Virus record (IMG/VR): IMGVR_UViG_3300014202_001521
Coordinates: 66,931-130,930 of that record
DNA: 64,000 nt
Strand: one strand, 5' to 3'
Source: a virus
Program-made: the position numbers and the translations under genes
Shown here: positions 30,864 through 41,631 of the stretch, piece after piece
Numbering within the stretch: position 1 is the stretch's first letter
Layout: each line of letters opens with the position of its first letter
The notes under the pieces: model-generated
What the model was told of the DNA's origin: nothing
Database searches by the model: none
Seen by the model: the letters and a program-made list of their open reading frames with translations, nothing else

Positions 30864-31148
30864 TATACTTCTCCAGATACTCAGTGAGTTCCTTTAGCCT
30901 GTTCTTCTGAAATTCTAATTGATCTTCATGTGCTTTCTTTTGGCCTTGCATATATTCGAGCAAACTACTAACTGCCTCTTCCTTGGTTGCACTGCCTTTG
31001 GAAGAATAATGCCAACCACCAACACTTGTAGTCGCTAGCCACGGTTTGTCCAGTGGCCAAGACTCTACTTCACAGTCATTCCAATATGTCTTTCGACGGA
31101 CATATATGCCATTAGGAAGGGTTTCATCATCTGTGAATGCTTCAAGCA

Positions 31149-32375
31149 TCAGAATTGCTCCGCTTCGGTTGACTCTTTAAGAGCCGTTAGTTTGGACCCT
31201 ATGGTTTCCGCAACCATATCAAAATACCCTACGCCAACTTCCCTTTGGTGCTTAACCGCTGTATATCCTTGATCTTGTAAATCAAACTCCTTCTCCTGCA
31301 CATCCACATAAGCTTCCATATCTCTACGGTTGTATTCATAAGCCAAATCAAACATACCTTGATTTAGAACATGGAACCCAGCCAATGTTATAAACTGGAA
31401 CTTATAGCCCATCGCCCCTAGCTCTTTCTGGAAATCGAATATTTGTTTTTCATTTAGCTTTTTCTTCCAATGGAAACTTGGAGAACAATTATAGGCTAAT
31501 AGCTTGCCAGGATACTTGGCGTGAATGCCTTCTGCGAACTTTTTGGCTTCTTCCAGGTCAGGATGGCTGGTTTCACACCACAGCAGATCGGCATAAGGAG
31601 CGTAGGCTAACCCCCTGGCAATAGCCATGTCAATGCCGCCAGTGATATTACAAAATCCTTCTTCGGTTCTCGCACCCTTGACGAAAGGTTTATCAATATC
31701 ATCTATATCTGAAGTTAGAAGTTTAGCTGAGTCAGCATCTGTGCGTGCGATAATGACTGTTGGCACATTGAGAACATCAGCGGCAAGACGTGCAGCTACT
31801 AGGGTTTTAATGAAATGAGAGGCAGGTATTAGTACCTTGCCTCCCAAATGTCCACACTTTTTGGCCGATGATAATTGATCTTCAAAGTGTATGCCTGCTG
31901 TTCCTGCTTCTATCATCGCCTTTGTTAGTTCAAAGGCGTTTAGCGGTCCACCAAAGCCAGCTTCAGCGTCTGCCACGATTGGCACCCAATAGTCAGTGGT
32001 AATTTTGCCTTCCATCCACTGAATTTGGTCAGCACGTCTTAAACAGTTATTGATTCTACGCACTAGATTGGGAACACTATTGACAGCGTATAGAGATTGG
32101 TCTGGATACATTTGCATTGAGTCATTATTGTCGGCGGCGACTTGCCAACCAGAACAATAGATTGCTGGTAATTTAGCTTTGGCCATTTGCATAGCCTGAT
32201 TGCCTGTTACCGCTCCCAAAGCATGAACATAAGGCTTGTCATGCAACCTTTCCCAAAGTTTCTCTGAAGTTAATCTCGCTAAGCTGTGTTCTTCGACAAA
32301 AGAACCTTGAAGTTTTCTAACCTGATCTATATTGTAAGGACGCTCAACACCATGCCAACGGGTTTGTGTTTCCAT
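31149..32375 (-). CDS. aceA: Isocitrate lyase
   Basis: KKCGHLGGK catalytic motif, [32 protein letters not shown]. Confidence 0.97.
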   Translation of the reverse strand: METQTRWHGVERPYNIDQVRKLQGSFVEEHSLARLTSEKLWERLHDKPYVHALGAVTGNQAMQMAKAKLPAIYCSGWQVAADNNDSMQMYPDQSLYAVNSVPNLVRRINNCLRRADQIQWMEGKITTDYWVPIVADAEAGFGGPLNAFELTKAMIEAGTAGIHFEDQLSSAKKCGHLGGKVLIPASHFIKTLVAARLAADVLNVPTVIIARTDADSAKLLTSDIDDIDKPFVKGARTEEGFCNITGGIDMAIARGLAYAPYADLLWCETSHPDLEEAKKFAEGIHAKYPGKLLAYNCSPSFHWKKKLNEKQIFDFQKELGAMGYKFQFITLAGFHVLNQGMFDLAYEYNRRDMEAYVDVQEKEFDLQDQGYTAVKHQREVGVGYFDMVAETIGSKLTALKESTEAEQF

Positions 32376-32431
32376 AAACTATCTACCCCTGAAAAGTTAT
32401 ATTAAAATATAAAAGTATTGATAAATATTAT

Positions 32432-32863
32432 ATGATAAACTTTATCAGATGGATTAAAATAAGAGAAGCATGGAATCAAAGCACCGTATGGACACCAGAA
32501 CGTGTTGCTCAACAAAATGGTGGTCGTAGTCTTAACCAACCAGAAGATACCAATAAGGTAATTGGCAGATTTAATCCAGTTTTTCCAGAATCCCGTGGAA
32601 AAGCTGAAATTTTGGCAGACCTTGTTTCTAAAGCTACAGGCATACCAACACCAGATTTACTTTCTAGCAGAAAACAAGGGACGGCTGACGCAAGATGGAT
32701 ACTTTATGCTTTATTATTAGACGCTGGTAAAATATCTGGCGCAAAAGTTTTACAAATGATGGGTCAAAGAAATTTAATCCCAAGAAAATTACTAGCTGCT
32801 CGTAATAGCCCATTATATCAAAACCTACTAGCACAATCTCATGCCGCTTTAGTCGCACGCTAG
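32432..32863 (+). CDS. Hypothetical protein with capsid-targeting-like N-terminus
   Basis: MINFIRWIKIRE; ATAAATA upstream. Confidence 0.55.
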   Translation: MINFIRWIKIREAWNQSTVWTPERVAQQNGGRSLNQPEDTNKVIGRFNPVFPESRGKAEILADLVSKATGIPTPDLLSSRKQGTADARWILYALLLDAGKISGAKVLQMMGQRNLIPRKLLAARNSPLYQNLLAQSHAALVAR

Positions 32864-33435
32864 ATTATATTTCTAAATGTCAAATTAATCCTTGGACCTA
32901 CAACTGTAGTAGTCTTTGGAACACAATGCTGCCAGTGATGTTGCATTGTGCCATCCATGATTAATAGACTACCGTGTTTGAGTAGATATTCCTTCTTTTC
33001 ACGGGATTTGATATGTCGAATCTGGAACAGTCTCTCAGCCCCTAATGAGATTGATGGCACTGTTGGATTCTGTCCTAGCTCGCGTTCATTATCGGAATGC
33101 CAGCCAATAGAATCCTTGCCATATCTGTAATAATTGAGGAGAAGACTGTTAAACGGTTTGCCTGTTTCTTTTTCGACTCGCTTTTTAACTTCCTCTAAAT
33201 ACCAAGGCCAAGGAAGTGAGTCGTGAGATACGCCCGAATAAGCGTAATTAACGCCTGGATCGGAGTAGTAAGCGGTCATGCGTGGAAAGAAGTTACCATA
33301 AAAGGTCTTCTCTTGTTTCCAAGTGGTTTTTAATTTTAATACCTGAAATAGCTTATCAGCAATTGGCTGTGTGAAAAAGTCAGGTATGTAAAGTAAAATT
33401 CCGCCGTCAGTTAGTTCTTCTTGCGTAGTTTCCAT
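32860..33435 (-). CDS. AlkB-family 2OG-Fe(II) dioxygenase (ALKBH2/3-like)
   Basis: NSLLLNYYR.GKDSIGWHSD, WQHCVPK, RINLTFR. Confidence 0.92.
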   Translation of the reverse strand: METTQEELTDGGILLYIPDFFTQPIADKLFQVLKLKTTWKQEKTFYGNFFPRMTAYYSDPGVNYAYSGVSHDSLPWPWYLEEVKKRVEKETGKPFNSLLLNYYRYGKDSIGWHSDNERELGQNPTVPSISLGAERLFQIRHIKSREKKEYLLKHGSLLIMDGTMQHHWQHCVPKTTTVVGPRINLTFRNII

Positions 33436-33496
33436 AGTAGTTTTATAGCTTCGGTAAGTCCGATAGCCTTGAAAAAGTCAGTCCAACTCATAGTAG

Positions 33497-33580
33497 TAGC
33501 CAAGGTGGGAGTCGAACCCACACACCCTTAACGGGTACTGGATTTTGAGTCCAGCGCGTCTGCCATTCCGCCACTTGGCC
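33497..33580 (-). tRNA. tRNA-Leu(CAA), long variable arm
   Basis: GGCCAAG/CTTGGCT, CTGGA-CT-CAA-AA-TCCAG, A73. Confidence 0.95.
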
Positions 33581-33584
33581 ACGA

Positions 33585-34187
33585 TCATTCCACATATAAT
33601 GAAATGTTCTTTCTGCAATTGTCACGCTTATAACAGCCTTCCAATGCAGCCTTTACTTCATCATAGTTTGTTCCATCCCATTTGATGCACCTTGGATGGG
33701 AATAATTCTTATTCGTATCATTAACAGGCATAATCCCTACGCCGCGTGGCCGTGCTTTTAACCAATTATCCATGTAGTCAGGAAAATCATCATAAAGGAA
33801 TTTTCCATAAACCATTGCCTTGTTTGAAGTTATGTGAACATCTATCAACTCGCCTAAATGAGTCTGACACCATTCTACCTTTTCTTTCCAGGCACGGGGA
33901 TAGCGTTTTGGACCTTTTGTTAGAATGTGATTTTTAAACCCGATGGTTTCAGCGAGAGTAAAAATCTTCATTCCTGCGGTCAGAACGGGTAGATTGCGCC
34001 ACCAACAAGGCTGTTTCTTGATTAAGCGAATCAGCGATTTGAAAGGCTCCTGTTCATCAGCCTGCCACATGCCAAGTTCGTCAAACCTTTTTAGGTCACT
34101 TTCGCTGACAAGTTTGCGAATGTCGGTTCGCAATTGTCCTTCATAGTCAGCGAGGCTACCATCCATATCAAACAGGCCGATGTTCAT
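33585..34187 (-). CDS. HAD 5'(3')-deoxyribonucleotidase
   Basis: FDMDGSLAD, ILTKGP, EKVEWC, LYDD. Confidence 0.85.
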   Translation of the reverse strand: MNIGLFDMDGSLADYEGQLRTDIRKLVSESDLKRFDELGMWQADEQEPFKSLIRLIKKQPCWWRNLPVLTAGMKIFTLAETIGFKNHILTKGPKRYPRAWKEKVEWCQTHLGELIDVHITSNKAMVYGKFLYDDFPDYMDNWLKARPRGVGIMPVNDTNKNYSHPRCIKWDGTNYDEVKAALEGCYKRDNCRKNISLYVE

Positions 34188-34453
34188 TGTATGCTCCTAA
34201 GCCATTCTCCAAATGCTGAGGCTGGTTGTGGTTGACCCTGAATTGTATCAATTTCTGTCATTTGCCACCACTATATTTTTTCATATTTTCTGTCTTGCAG
34301 TTTCCGTAATCCATGTCCTTTTCAAAGTGGGTTTCATCAGGATTTTGCATTAAATCCTGTTTCAGCCTTTTGCGAGCTTTCTTATTACCTTCTTTTTTAA
34401 GCTTGCTTTTTAGCTGTCTGTATTCGCGTTTATCCATGTTTACTCCGTTGTAT

Positions 34454-35482
34454 TTATATCATTTCAGCTATCATTGTTTCTAATGTATGTTCGCACTTCC
34501 AAGCAGGAAAATGACTCATGAACTTTCTGGTATCGCTGATCCACCAGCGATGATCCCCAATCCTACTCTCATTCACAAGCTCATAGTTTAGCTTAGAGTT
34601 TGTGATTCTTTCAGCTAAGGATATTGCTTCAACCACGGAGCAACTGTTCTTCCTGCCTCCCCCTATGTTATACGCTTCACCTGGACGTGGGTTTTGGTAA
34701 AACTCGAAAAAAGCTGCAACCAAGTCATCTGCGTGGATGTTATCCCGAACTTGTTTCCCTTCGTAACCATATATTATGTAAGGGGTTTGGTTTATTATAC
34801 ATTTCGTCAAGTAGGAAAGAAAGCCATGAAGCGGAACGCTTTGGTGTTCTTTTCCAGTAATACAACCACAGCGAAACACGCCAGTTTTTAACCCGTTAAA
34901 TTTTGCGTATTCTTGGGTTAAAAGATCGGCTGCGGCCTTTGACACTCCAAAGAAAGTGTGGAGTGAATTGTCAATCGACATGGACTCATCAATTCCGTTA
35001 TAGAATGGATGGTCAACTGGCAAGTCGCATCTTGTTTCCAGGTCTATTAGCGGTAGATGATTTGGAGTATTCCCATATACTTTGTTTGTTGACGTGAAAA
35101 TGAATACAGCTTCGGGAGAGTATCTTTTAGTCAAGTCAAGGACGTTAAGAGTCCCATTTGCATTGATGTTAAAGTCAGTTATTACATTTCTGGACCAATC
35201 GTGTGAAGGCTGTGCCGCCGTATGAATCACTAAGTCTATTTTGTGGGTTCTAAAGACGTTCTCAACGCTGTTATAATCCCTTATGTCCAAATCATAATTG
35301 TAGAAATTCTCAACACTGTTCTGTATAAGAACTAGGTTATTCTTTATAGATGCATTTTTACCAAAGAAAGTTTCGCGGCTATTGTTTTCAATGCCTATTA
35401 TTTGATCGAATTTGGTTCCCAAGAGCCTTACGCTTGCACTACCAACCAAGCCGCCCGCCCCTGTGATGAGAGCTATGGACAT
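34454..35482 (-). CDS. NAD-dependent epimerase/dehydratase (CDP-paratose epimerase-like SDR)
   Basis: ITGAGGLVG, HTAAQPSH, STNKVYG, FGVSKAAAD, QVRDNIH. Confidence 0.9.
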   Translation of the reverse strand: MSIALITGAGGLVGSASVRLLGTKFDQIIGIENNSRETFFGKNASIKNNLVLIQNSVENFYNYDLDIRDYNSVENVFRTHKIDLVIHTAAQPSHDWSRNVITDFNINANGTLNVLDLTKRYSPEAVFIFTSTNKVYGNTPNHLPLIDLETRCDLPVDHPFYNGIDESMSIDNSLHTFFGVSKAAADLLTQEYAKFNGLKTGVFRCGCITGKEHQSVPLHGFLSYLTKCIINQTPYIIYGYEGKQVRDNIHADDLVAAFFEFYQNPRPGEAYNIGGGRKNSCSVVEAISLAERITNSKLNYELVNESRIGDHRWWISDTRKFMSHFPAWKCEHTLETMIAEMI

Positions 35483-35485
35483 GCA

Positions 35486-36172
35486 TTATTTATGGTTATG
35501 AATAGCGAAATAATGGTAGAACCCATATTCTCTTGGCATTATTTTAGGTTTAACCCCTGTTTTCCATAAAGCATAAACTAAACAAGCTTGGCTACAAGGC
35601 CAAGCTGCTTTTGTTTCGTTTATATCAGTCCACCATGTTTCCGCTAGTTCATTTGAGAATTTATGCATGTTGTAAACAATGAATCCGTCCCAATAAAGAC
35701 CCAGCTTAGTCGGCATCCCTTCTTTTTGATACTTTTCAATTCTGCTTGTCAGGGCTTCACGACCAGTTTCTACATATTTACCTATGCTAAGAACGTGGGT
35801 GAGTTCTTCGATAGGGCAATGTCTGTCACCGTGAACACTTAAAGCAAGATTGTAGTCAAAAATGTTCGACTCAACAATTTCTTTAACGAAATTCTTATTA
35901 ATGATTTGATCTTGAGCGTCAAGGTGTATGACTAAATCATAACCTTCTAGTTTCTTACACTTGTTAGGAAATACTCTGTAGGCTTTAGCCTGCATACACC
36001 AAGGCCATCTAACCAAGTGAGGTGGTCGAGGATCGGTTAAAGGCATTAGGTTTTCTTCGTCATGAGTGTAATAAACGAAATCGCAAGGATATGTTTGTGG
36101 CTCATGAGTGTCTTGGATTTCTGGTCTATCCCAGCCACCAAGGTTAGCAGAATAAATACATACAGATGTCAT
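35486..36172 (-). CDS. Glycosyltransferase-like (DUF616-like)
   Basis: Likely start MTSVCIYSANLGGWD; HLDA, H.DR.C..EE, Q..L.YALW. Confidence 0.65.
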   Translation of the reverse strand: MTSVCIYSANLGGWDRPEIQDTHEPQTYPCDFVYYTHDEENLMPLTDPRPPHLVRWPWCMQAKAYRVFPNKCKKLEGYDLVIHLDAQDQIINKNFVKEIVESNIFDYNLALSVHGDRHCPIEELTHVLSIGKYVETGREALTSRIEKYQKEGMPTKLGLYWDGFIVYNMHKFSNELAETWWTDINETKAAWPCSQACLVYALWKTGVKPKIMPREYGFYHYFAIHNHK

Positions 36173-36184
36173 ACTGTATATAGG

Positions 36185-36268
36185 TGCGTAGGGCAGGATT
36201 CGAACCTGCGAAGAACTAAGTTCGCCAGATTTACAGTCTGGTGCAATTGGCCACTCTGCCACCTACGC
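36185..36268 (-). tRNA. tRNA-Tyr(GUA)
   Basis: GCGTAGG/CCTACGC, CCAGA-CT-GTA-AA-TCTGG, long V arm, A73. Confidence 0.95.
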
Positions 36269-36462
36269 ATAGAGCATTTGTTCTTGTATTTTAATCCATG
36301 CTAAAGTTTCGATTTCAAGTTCTTTGATAAGAAAATAACTTCTTGGAAACACCTCTTCGATTTCTTCGATACTATCCGCTTGGACATAACGGACAGGGCC
36401 GTAAAGATCATCGTCGTCTTCGCTTTCATATCTATAAATTGCATATATCATTGTATTATAAT

Positions 36463-36534
36463 CCTCGATTCTGTGTTCGTCAGGGCTTTCACCCTGGCAT
36501 GGCCCTGGCCTTTCGGCTGTTCCATGACTAACAG
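36463..36534 (-). ncRNA. Candidate structured RNA 3' of tRNA-Leu(CAG)
   Basis: Nested stems CTGT/ACAG, GTC/GAC, ATGG/CCAT, GCC-GAAA-GGC, AGGG-TGAAAG-CCCT. Confidence 0.45.
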
Positions 36535-36609
36535 TGACCACCGTGGGATTCGAACCCACACATTCCACGTTCTGAGCGTGGCGACTCCTGCCAATTGGTC
36601 TAGGTGGCC
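36535..36609 (-). tRNA. tRNA-Leu(CAG) with short (5-nt) variable loop
   Basis: GGCCACC/GGTGGTC, CCACG-CT-CAG-AA-CGTGG, V=AATGT, A73. Confidence 0.9.
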
Positions 36610-36822
36610 CTATTTTTCTTCATCGAATCACCCGTTGCATTACGATGATCCTTAATCTGCTTGTGATAATCTGGAATATCATCGTCGGCATGACAAGTAG
36701 TGCTTACACTAATTACTTTCCAACCATCATCCCACACACCTTCGCTGTCACGCAGTTTGAGGAACTTATTCAAGACAGCAAATTCCTCTGGAATATAACT
36801 AACTTGTTCTGAGTACGATGTT

Positions 36823-37536
36823 TCAGAATGCTTTTTCCGCATCTTGCATTGTCTGTAATAAACTGTCTTGCTCATATATTCTCAATTCAATCTTCCCGTT
36901 ATCTACTACTAGGTATGTTGGCGAAGATTCAGTCCAACAGCCACTATTATAATAATCTTTATCCTCTTCCGCAAGATGAGTGTGCCCACAACACACAAAA
37001 TCGCATCTTTCTTTTTCTTTATGCTTACGGGCCAACCCTTTAATTCGGTCAGCACACCGCAGGAACGTTTTGGAGTTGTGTTTGGCTAATTTAGCCAGGT
37101 AAAAACTCCCATCTAGTTTCTGTAGGAACCAGTATATCACATCTCCAAACCATGTTAGGATTGGATGTTCACTCAAGAAATCATCGTATATGTCTCCGTG
37201 GAAACATAAAACCTGTTTCCCACCTGATTCGAAAATAAATTCGTCAGTATAATGAACCCCTATCAAATGGGCGATGTATTGTGCTGGTCCATGAGCATCA
37301 TGGTTGCCCCTAATCCAAATTACTTCAATGGTGTCGGAAACTTTCCTTATAGTAGATAGGATTTTCCAGTGCCACTTGTGTAATCGGGAGTCGAAATTCT
37401 CGAAAACGTCACCGTTCAGGATCAGTTTCTTTGTTTCTATTTCTTTGTTTTGTATTTTTTCTAGGAAATTAACCAGCGACTTTGCTTGACAGTTATCAGC
37501 ACCAATATGTAAATCGGAAATAATGATTGCATCCAT
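36823..37536 (-). CDS. Calcineurin-like metallophosphoesterase (LpxH/YbbF-like)
   Basis: ISDLHIG, LNGDVFE, RGNHD, HGD, CGHTH. Confidence 0.85.
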   Translation of the reverse strand: MDAIIISDLHIGADNCQAKSLVNFLEKIQNKEIETKKLILNGDVFENFDSRLHKWHWKILSTIRKVSDTIEVIWIRGNHDAHGPAQYIAHLIGVHYTDEFIFESGGKQVLCFHGDIYDDFLSEHPILTWFGDVIYWFLQKLDGSFYLAKLAKHNSKTFLRCADRIKGLARKHKEKERCDFVCCGHTHLAEEDKDYYNSGCWTESSPTYLVVDNGKIELRIYEQDSLLQTMQDAEKAF

Positions 37537-37594
37537 ACTAAGTATTTACATTATTAGTCCCTTCGTATATGTTAATTTTCAGAGAAGATTTCAG

Positions 37595-37675
37595 TGGCCA
37601 AGGTGGGAGTCGAACCCACAATCCCGAAGGAACAAGTTTCTAAAACTTGCGCGTATACCGTTTCGCCACAAGGCC
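37595..37675 (-). tRNA. tRNA-Leu(UAG), long V arm, two acceptor-stem mismatches
   Basis: GGCCTTG/CTTGGCC (two T.T), CAAGT-TT-TAG-AA-ACTTG. Confidence 0.8.
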
Positions 37676-37784
37676 ATAAAGATCGACTAGCAGGTGTCAC
37701 GCCTTTTGATACCGCCGATCAGAATATCCGCCGCTCATTCTGGTTGTCATAGCTAGATGAACTTAAACCTCTTTGGGTAGCCAC

Positions 37785-38276
37785 TTACATATCCATATGT
37801 AAAGGAGGATCGCTCACCGCTCGCTCGACCAGCCCTTCGTTCGCGGAACTTGCGTTTTCGCCCCTGCAATGCTCACTGTCCGCTACGACCGTTCCTTTTA
37901 AATCTCTTTTTTGGGAAGGACTTAACCTTCTAATTTTGGTGTCAGAAGTTAAACAAATTGAAGCTCCATCATTCCAGATTTTCGAATTTGTCTCAAAAGC
38001 TTCAACAATTTTTCTTTCTTCTAGCTCCGCATTACCAAAAACTGCAAATTTTCCACCAAAACTACCAGCTACTATAAATGGGTTATTTCGGTCTATTTTA
38101 ACTTTTGTGCGTCTTATTTCCAAGTGAGCAAAGTCGAGTGTGGTCCAAACGTACTTCCACGGCTGGTCATTAAGCCGAGTGTACTTTTTAGGCCATTTTA
38201 TAACTTCAAGCCCACAGAAATGCCACTCCTGTAGTGGCATTTTTAAGAGCCAATAGTCCAATTCTTCGAAAAACAT
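37785..38276 (-). CDS. Hypothetical protein
   Basis: Likely start MFFEELDY just 3' of tRNA-Ser; the track's extension runs through the tRNA. Confidence 0.5.
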   Translation of the reverse strand: MFFEELDYWLLKMPLQEWHFCGLEVIKWPKKYTRLNDQPWKYVWTTLDFAHLEIRRTKVKIDRNNPFIVAGSFGGKFAVFGNAELEERKIVEAFETNSKIWNDGASICLTSDTKIRRLSPSQKRDLKGTVVADSEHCRGENASSANEGLVERAVSDPPLHMDM

Positions 38277-38279
38277 AAG

Positions 38280-38366
38280 CGGAGGGTGTAGGATTTGAAC
38301 CCACGGTCCCCTTGCGGGGACTCTAGTTTTCAAGACTAGCGCAATCGGCCACTCTGCCAACCCTCC
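38280..38366 (-). tRNA. tRNA-Ser(UGA)
   Basis: GGAGGGT/ACCCTCC, CTAGT-CT-TGA-AA-ACTAG, long V arm, G73. Confidence 0.95.
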
Positions 38367-38401
38367 AGCAATTTCACACCCCGTTAGACATATATAACAG
38401 T

Positions 38402-38992
38402 ATGCTAAACTTTAGGGGGTGGTTTATGGAGACTTTCAGCGTACCAAAGTCGCATATAAAAGTCAAGTTGCCTTCTGCTAAACAACCCAAAAACTTTTCC
38501 TGTGGGGCTTCCGCTTTAAGGGCTATCGCAGTCCATTTTAACGTCGGTCCTAACAACGAACAATTCTATATAGACAAGTGTAACACAACTTATAAAGATG
38601 GTACACACCCAAAAGATATTATTCGTGTTGCCCGTGAACTTGGCCTAACCGTAAGGTCTAAGTCCAAAATGTCCATCAAAGACCTACATGAGTATCTTGA
38701 TGACGGTATTCCTGTTGTCTGCTCCATCCAAGCATGGGGCGATCAGAAAAAATATCCCGACACCGACCACAGCGGGCATTATGTCGTCGCCATCGGCTAC
38801 ACCAATGACAAAATCTATTTCATGGACCCGTCAATTAAAGGCCACCGTGGATTCCTGCCTAATGACGAATTTATCGAACGCTGGCACGATGAAGAAGCTG
38901 ATGGCACCAAACTCAATCGCTATGGAATCGCCATCTGGAATCCCACAGCAATTAAAAAACAACATTTGAACAAAGTCAAAAAGATTCAATGA
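38402..38992 (+). CDS. Peptidase C39-like cysteine protease
   Basis: QPKNFSCGA, GHYVVAIGY, YFMDP. Confidence 0.85.
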   Translation: MLNFRGWFMETFSVPKSHIKVKLPSAKQPKNFSCGASALRAIAVHFNVGPNNEQFYIDKCNTTYKDGTHPKDIIRVARELGLTVRSKSKMSIKDLHEYLDDGIPVVCSIQAWGDQKKYPDTDHSGHYVVAIGYTNDKIYFMDPSIKGHRGFLPNDEFIERWHDEEADGTKLNRYGIAIWNPTAIKKQHLNKVKKIQ

Positions 38993-39749
38993 TAGTGTTC
39001 GGGCTTACGTCGATCCGAACGCTTTAACTTCATGATGGCCGACCTATAGCAATCCAACCAATATTCGTGTTGGAAGTTGTCAGGATTCCAGCCACTGAGA
39101 ATCTTTTTGATGTAATCGTCCCACTTCATCTTGTTCTTGGCACAATTATCATCCAAAACTCGTTCTTCAAAAACCGTTGTTAGTTCATCAAGGATATCAA
39201 CTAGGGGTATTTTCTTGCTCATTTTTATTTCCAATATAATTACCGTCGTCGTCCCAATCGTCATCGTTTCTTGGCTTGACTATCATCAATACTAATTTGT
39301 CTCCGCACCACACAGGAGCGCGAAGCGTCGTCCATTTTTCATGTGTGTATTTTGTGTTCAATTGAAGGTATAAGTCTTCTAGGGAATCTGCACAAAGCAC
39401 TTCTGAATCTATGCGTTTTCCTAGTTCTTTCAATTCTTTAAGTGTAATTGGTTCCCAACTCATTACCAACAATCCTCTTCATATTCATTGCGCTGTGAAG
39501 CATAGTAGTCTTCCCATGCTTCCTTTTCGTATTTCGCTTCTAGCTCTCTATCTCTGATTTCTTGCAGTGATGGATAGCCATTGGCTTTCCTGTCCCTGCC
39601 AGGGTTAATCAGTTTTGAAAGCTGTCGTTCTGGATCGGTTGCATGAGCGTCCCCGTAGTAGAACTCATATTTGCATTCTGGACAATAATCTCTGCGGGGG
39701 TCATTACCTAAATTCGGATGGTCGCAAAAATCCATTATTAAACTCCTAG

Positions 39750-39824
39750 TAGCACGGAAGGGATTCGAACCCTTACTGCCCACGTTTTAAATGTGGTGAC
39801 TCCTGCCAGTTGGTCTACCGTGCC
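39750..39824 (-). tRNA. tRNA-Leu(UAA) with short variable loop
   Basis: GGCACGG/CCGTGCT, CCACA-TT-TAA-AA-CGTGG, V=GCAGT, A73. Confidence 0.85.
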
Positions 39825-40019
39825 ATAAGTGGCCCTAGTCTTAACTCAGTATTACTAAATCGTTGCCCATATTGTCAGGTTTTGTATCCTTTTTAGTCGC
39901 GTCGTTAATTGCCTGGAAAAATCCTTGCATCTGCTCGTTAATATGTTCAACAGCTTCAATCTCTTCCTGACTCCAGCCAGCATCTTGATACATTTTCCGC
40001 AATTCGTCTTTTGTCATAG

Positions 40020-40107
40020 TGGCCTTGGCGGGATTCGAACCCGCACCCTCTTACGAGGACAACGTTCTCAACGTTGCGCGTTTACCTGTATGTTACACCA
40101 CAAGGCC
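40020..40107 (-). tRNA. tRNA-Leu(GAG), long V arm, enlarged D loop
   Basis: GGCCTTG/CAAGGCC, CAACG-TT-GAG-AA-CGTTG, A73. Confidence 0.9.
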
Positions 40108-40111
40108 ATAG

Positions 40112-40192
40112 TGTGGTAGGTGGGACTTGAACCCACACCCCTTTCGGGACACGCCCCTCAAGCGTGCGCGGCTGCCATTACGCCACTACCAC
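40112..40192 (-). tRNA. tRNA-Leu(GAG), long V arm
   Basis: GTGGTAG/CTACCAC, CACGC-TT-GAG-GG-GCGTG, A73. Confidence 0.92.
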
Positions 40193-40690
40193 ATGTTTTT
40201 CTTCGCTTCGTCAAAAAATATCTTCGAGCATTCAGACAGGTGCGTTTTTGTATATCTTTCTCCTGTCTTTATCCAGAAGAAATTGTAAATTTCTCTAATG
40301 GCTTGCACCAAGCCATCCTCGGTCAACTCACCTCTGTAAGCTGCCAAGCGAAAACTTGGTCAGCCATATTCAGGGCATTGTAGTCCTTGAGTTAAAGGAA
40401 GCCTATAGCCATCCCTCCAAGCCCAACATCGCGGATTGTTCCATTCCTGAATCCGCTTTCCAACTACAATTAGTTCTGTAGGTGTCATTTAACCTCCATA
40501 GGAAAAGGTTATATATCGTATGCTTCCCATTTCTTGTTATATTCTGCTCGCCATACTGAGTATCGTTGTTTTGGACCACGATATCCTAGTCGCTCTTTAT
40601 TACGGATTTTGAATCCACATTCTGTGACCATTTTCCTGCGAACGAACTTATAGAACCCAGGATGGTCTAATATTCCATATTTATTCATAG

Positions 40691-40765
40691 TAGCACGGGT
40701 GGGATTCGAACCCACACTGTCCACGTTCTAAGCGTGGCGACTCCTGCCAATTGGTCTACCGTGCC
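40691..40765 (-). tRNA. tRNA-Leu(UAG) with short variable loop
   Basis: GGCACGG/CCGTGCT, CCACG-CT-TAG-AA-CGTGG, V=ACAGT, A73. Confidence 0.9.
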
Positions 40766-41631
40766 GTTCTTCTTCTAACTGCTTGCGTAATTTCGCAATT
40801 CTTAACCGCAAGCAATCCACACAAGTCACCTGTTCATCGACATAACTAAGCACTACTTGATCGTGGCCACTAATACCATACATTTTACCGCAAAGAGCCA
40901 TCAAGTCACTGCCCATGCCAGCATGAACTAATCCGTCCATATTCTATACCCCGTTGGTTTACCGTGCCGATCATACTTCGTCCAACCTACCTGCCTACAA
41001 AACCAATTCCAAACCTTTTTTCTCCAAGGACGCGAGAAATCCATAGGATAACCGTCTGCGTCCAAAGTTGCTCTATACCTTTCTGTCTCACGGTTATGTT
41101 CTGCTAGTTCTTCTGGATGCGTTTCCCAATATTCTCTTGACCGCTTTATATTCTCTGACTCGGCTTCCACCATTACTTTGACACACTCGCTGTCACGATT
41201 CTTTTCACATTCAGGACAGAAAGTAAAACTAAGGTGGCCATCCCACCAGGACCAACTTTCGCCTTCTAGTTTAACTCTCTTGCATAAATCGCAATTCATT
41301 GTCCATATATCTTCCATTAATACCTCATGTCACTCTTGTCGCCGCCCTTATTCAAACGAGCAAGTATTGCTTCTGGAAATTCCTTGGTAGGTTTACCCCA
41401 CCATTTATTCATTTTGCGATCCCATATTTGCCAGCCCTTGGGATTAGTTCTTACGCAATATCTAGCGTTTCTTTTGCCCATAATCAAAGTTGCGATATTT
41501 GATCCTATAGTATACCTTTCTAGCCTTCTCTTCCAGGTAATTGTATCCTTTAATTACCCAATACATCGCTAAAAGAGAATAGAGATAGAATATACTACGC
41601 CACGTCATTCGTTCATATCTGTTTTCCATAG

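Noticed and set aside
36463-36534. HDV-like theta or hammerhead ribozyme call (CUGACGA and CGAA motifs present)
   Set aside because: Could not build HDV P2/P3 or hammerhead stem II/GAAA; kept only as an unassigned structured element
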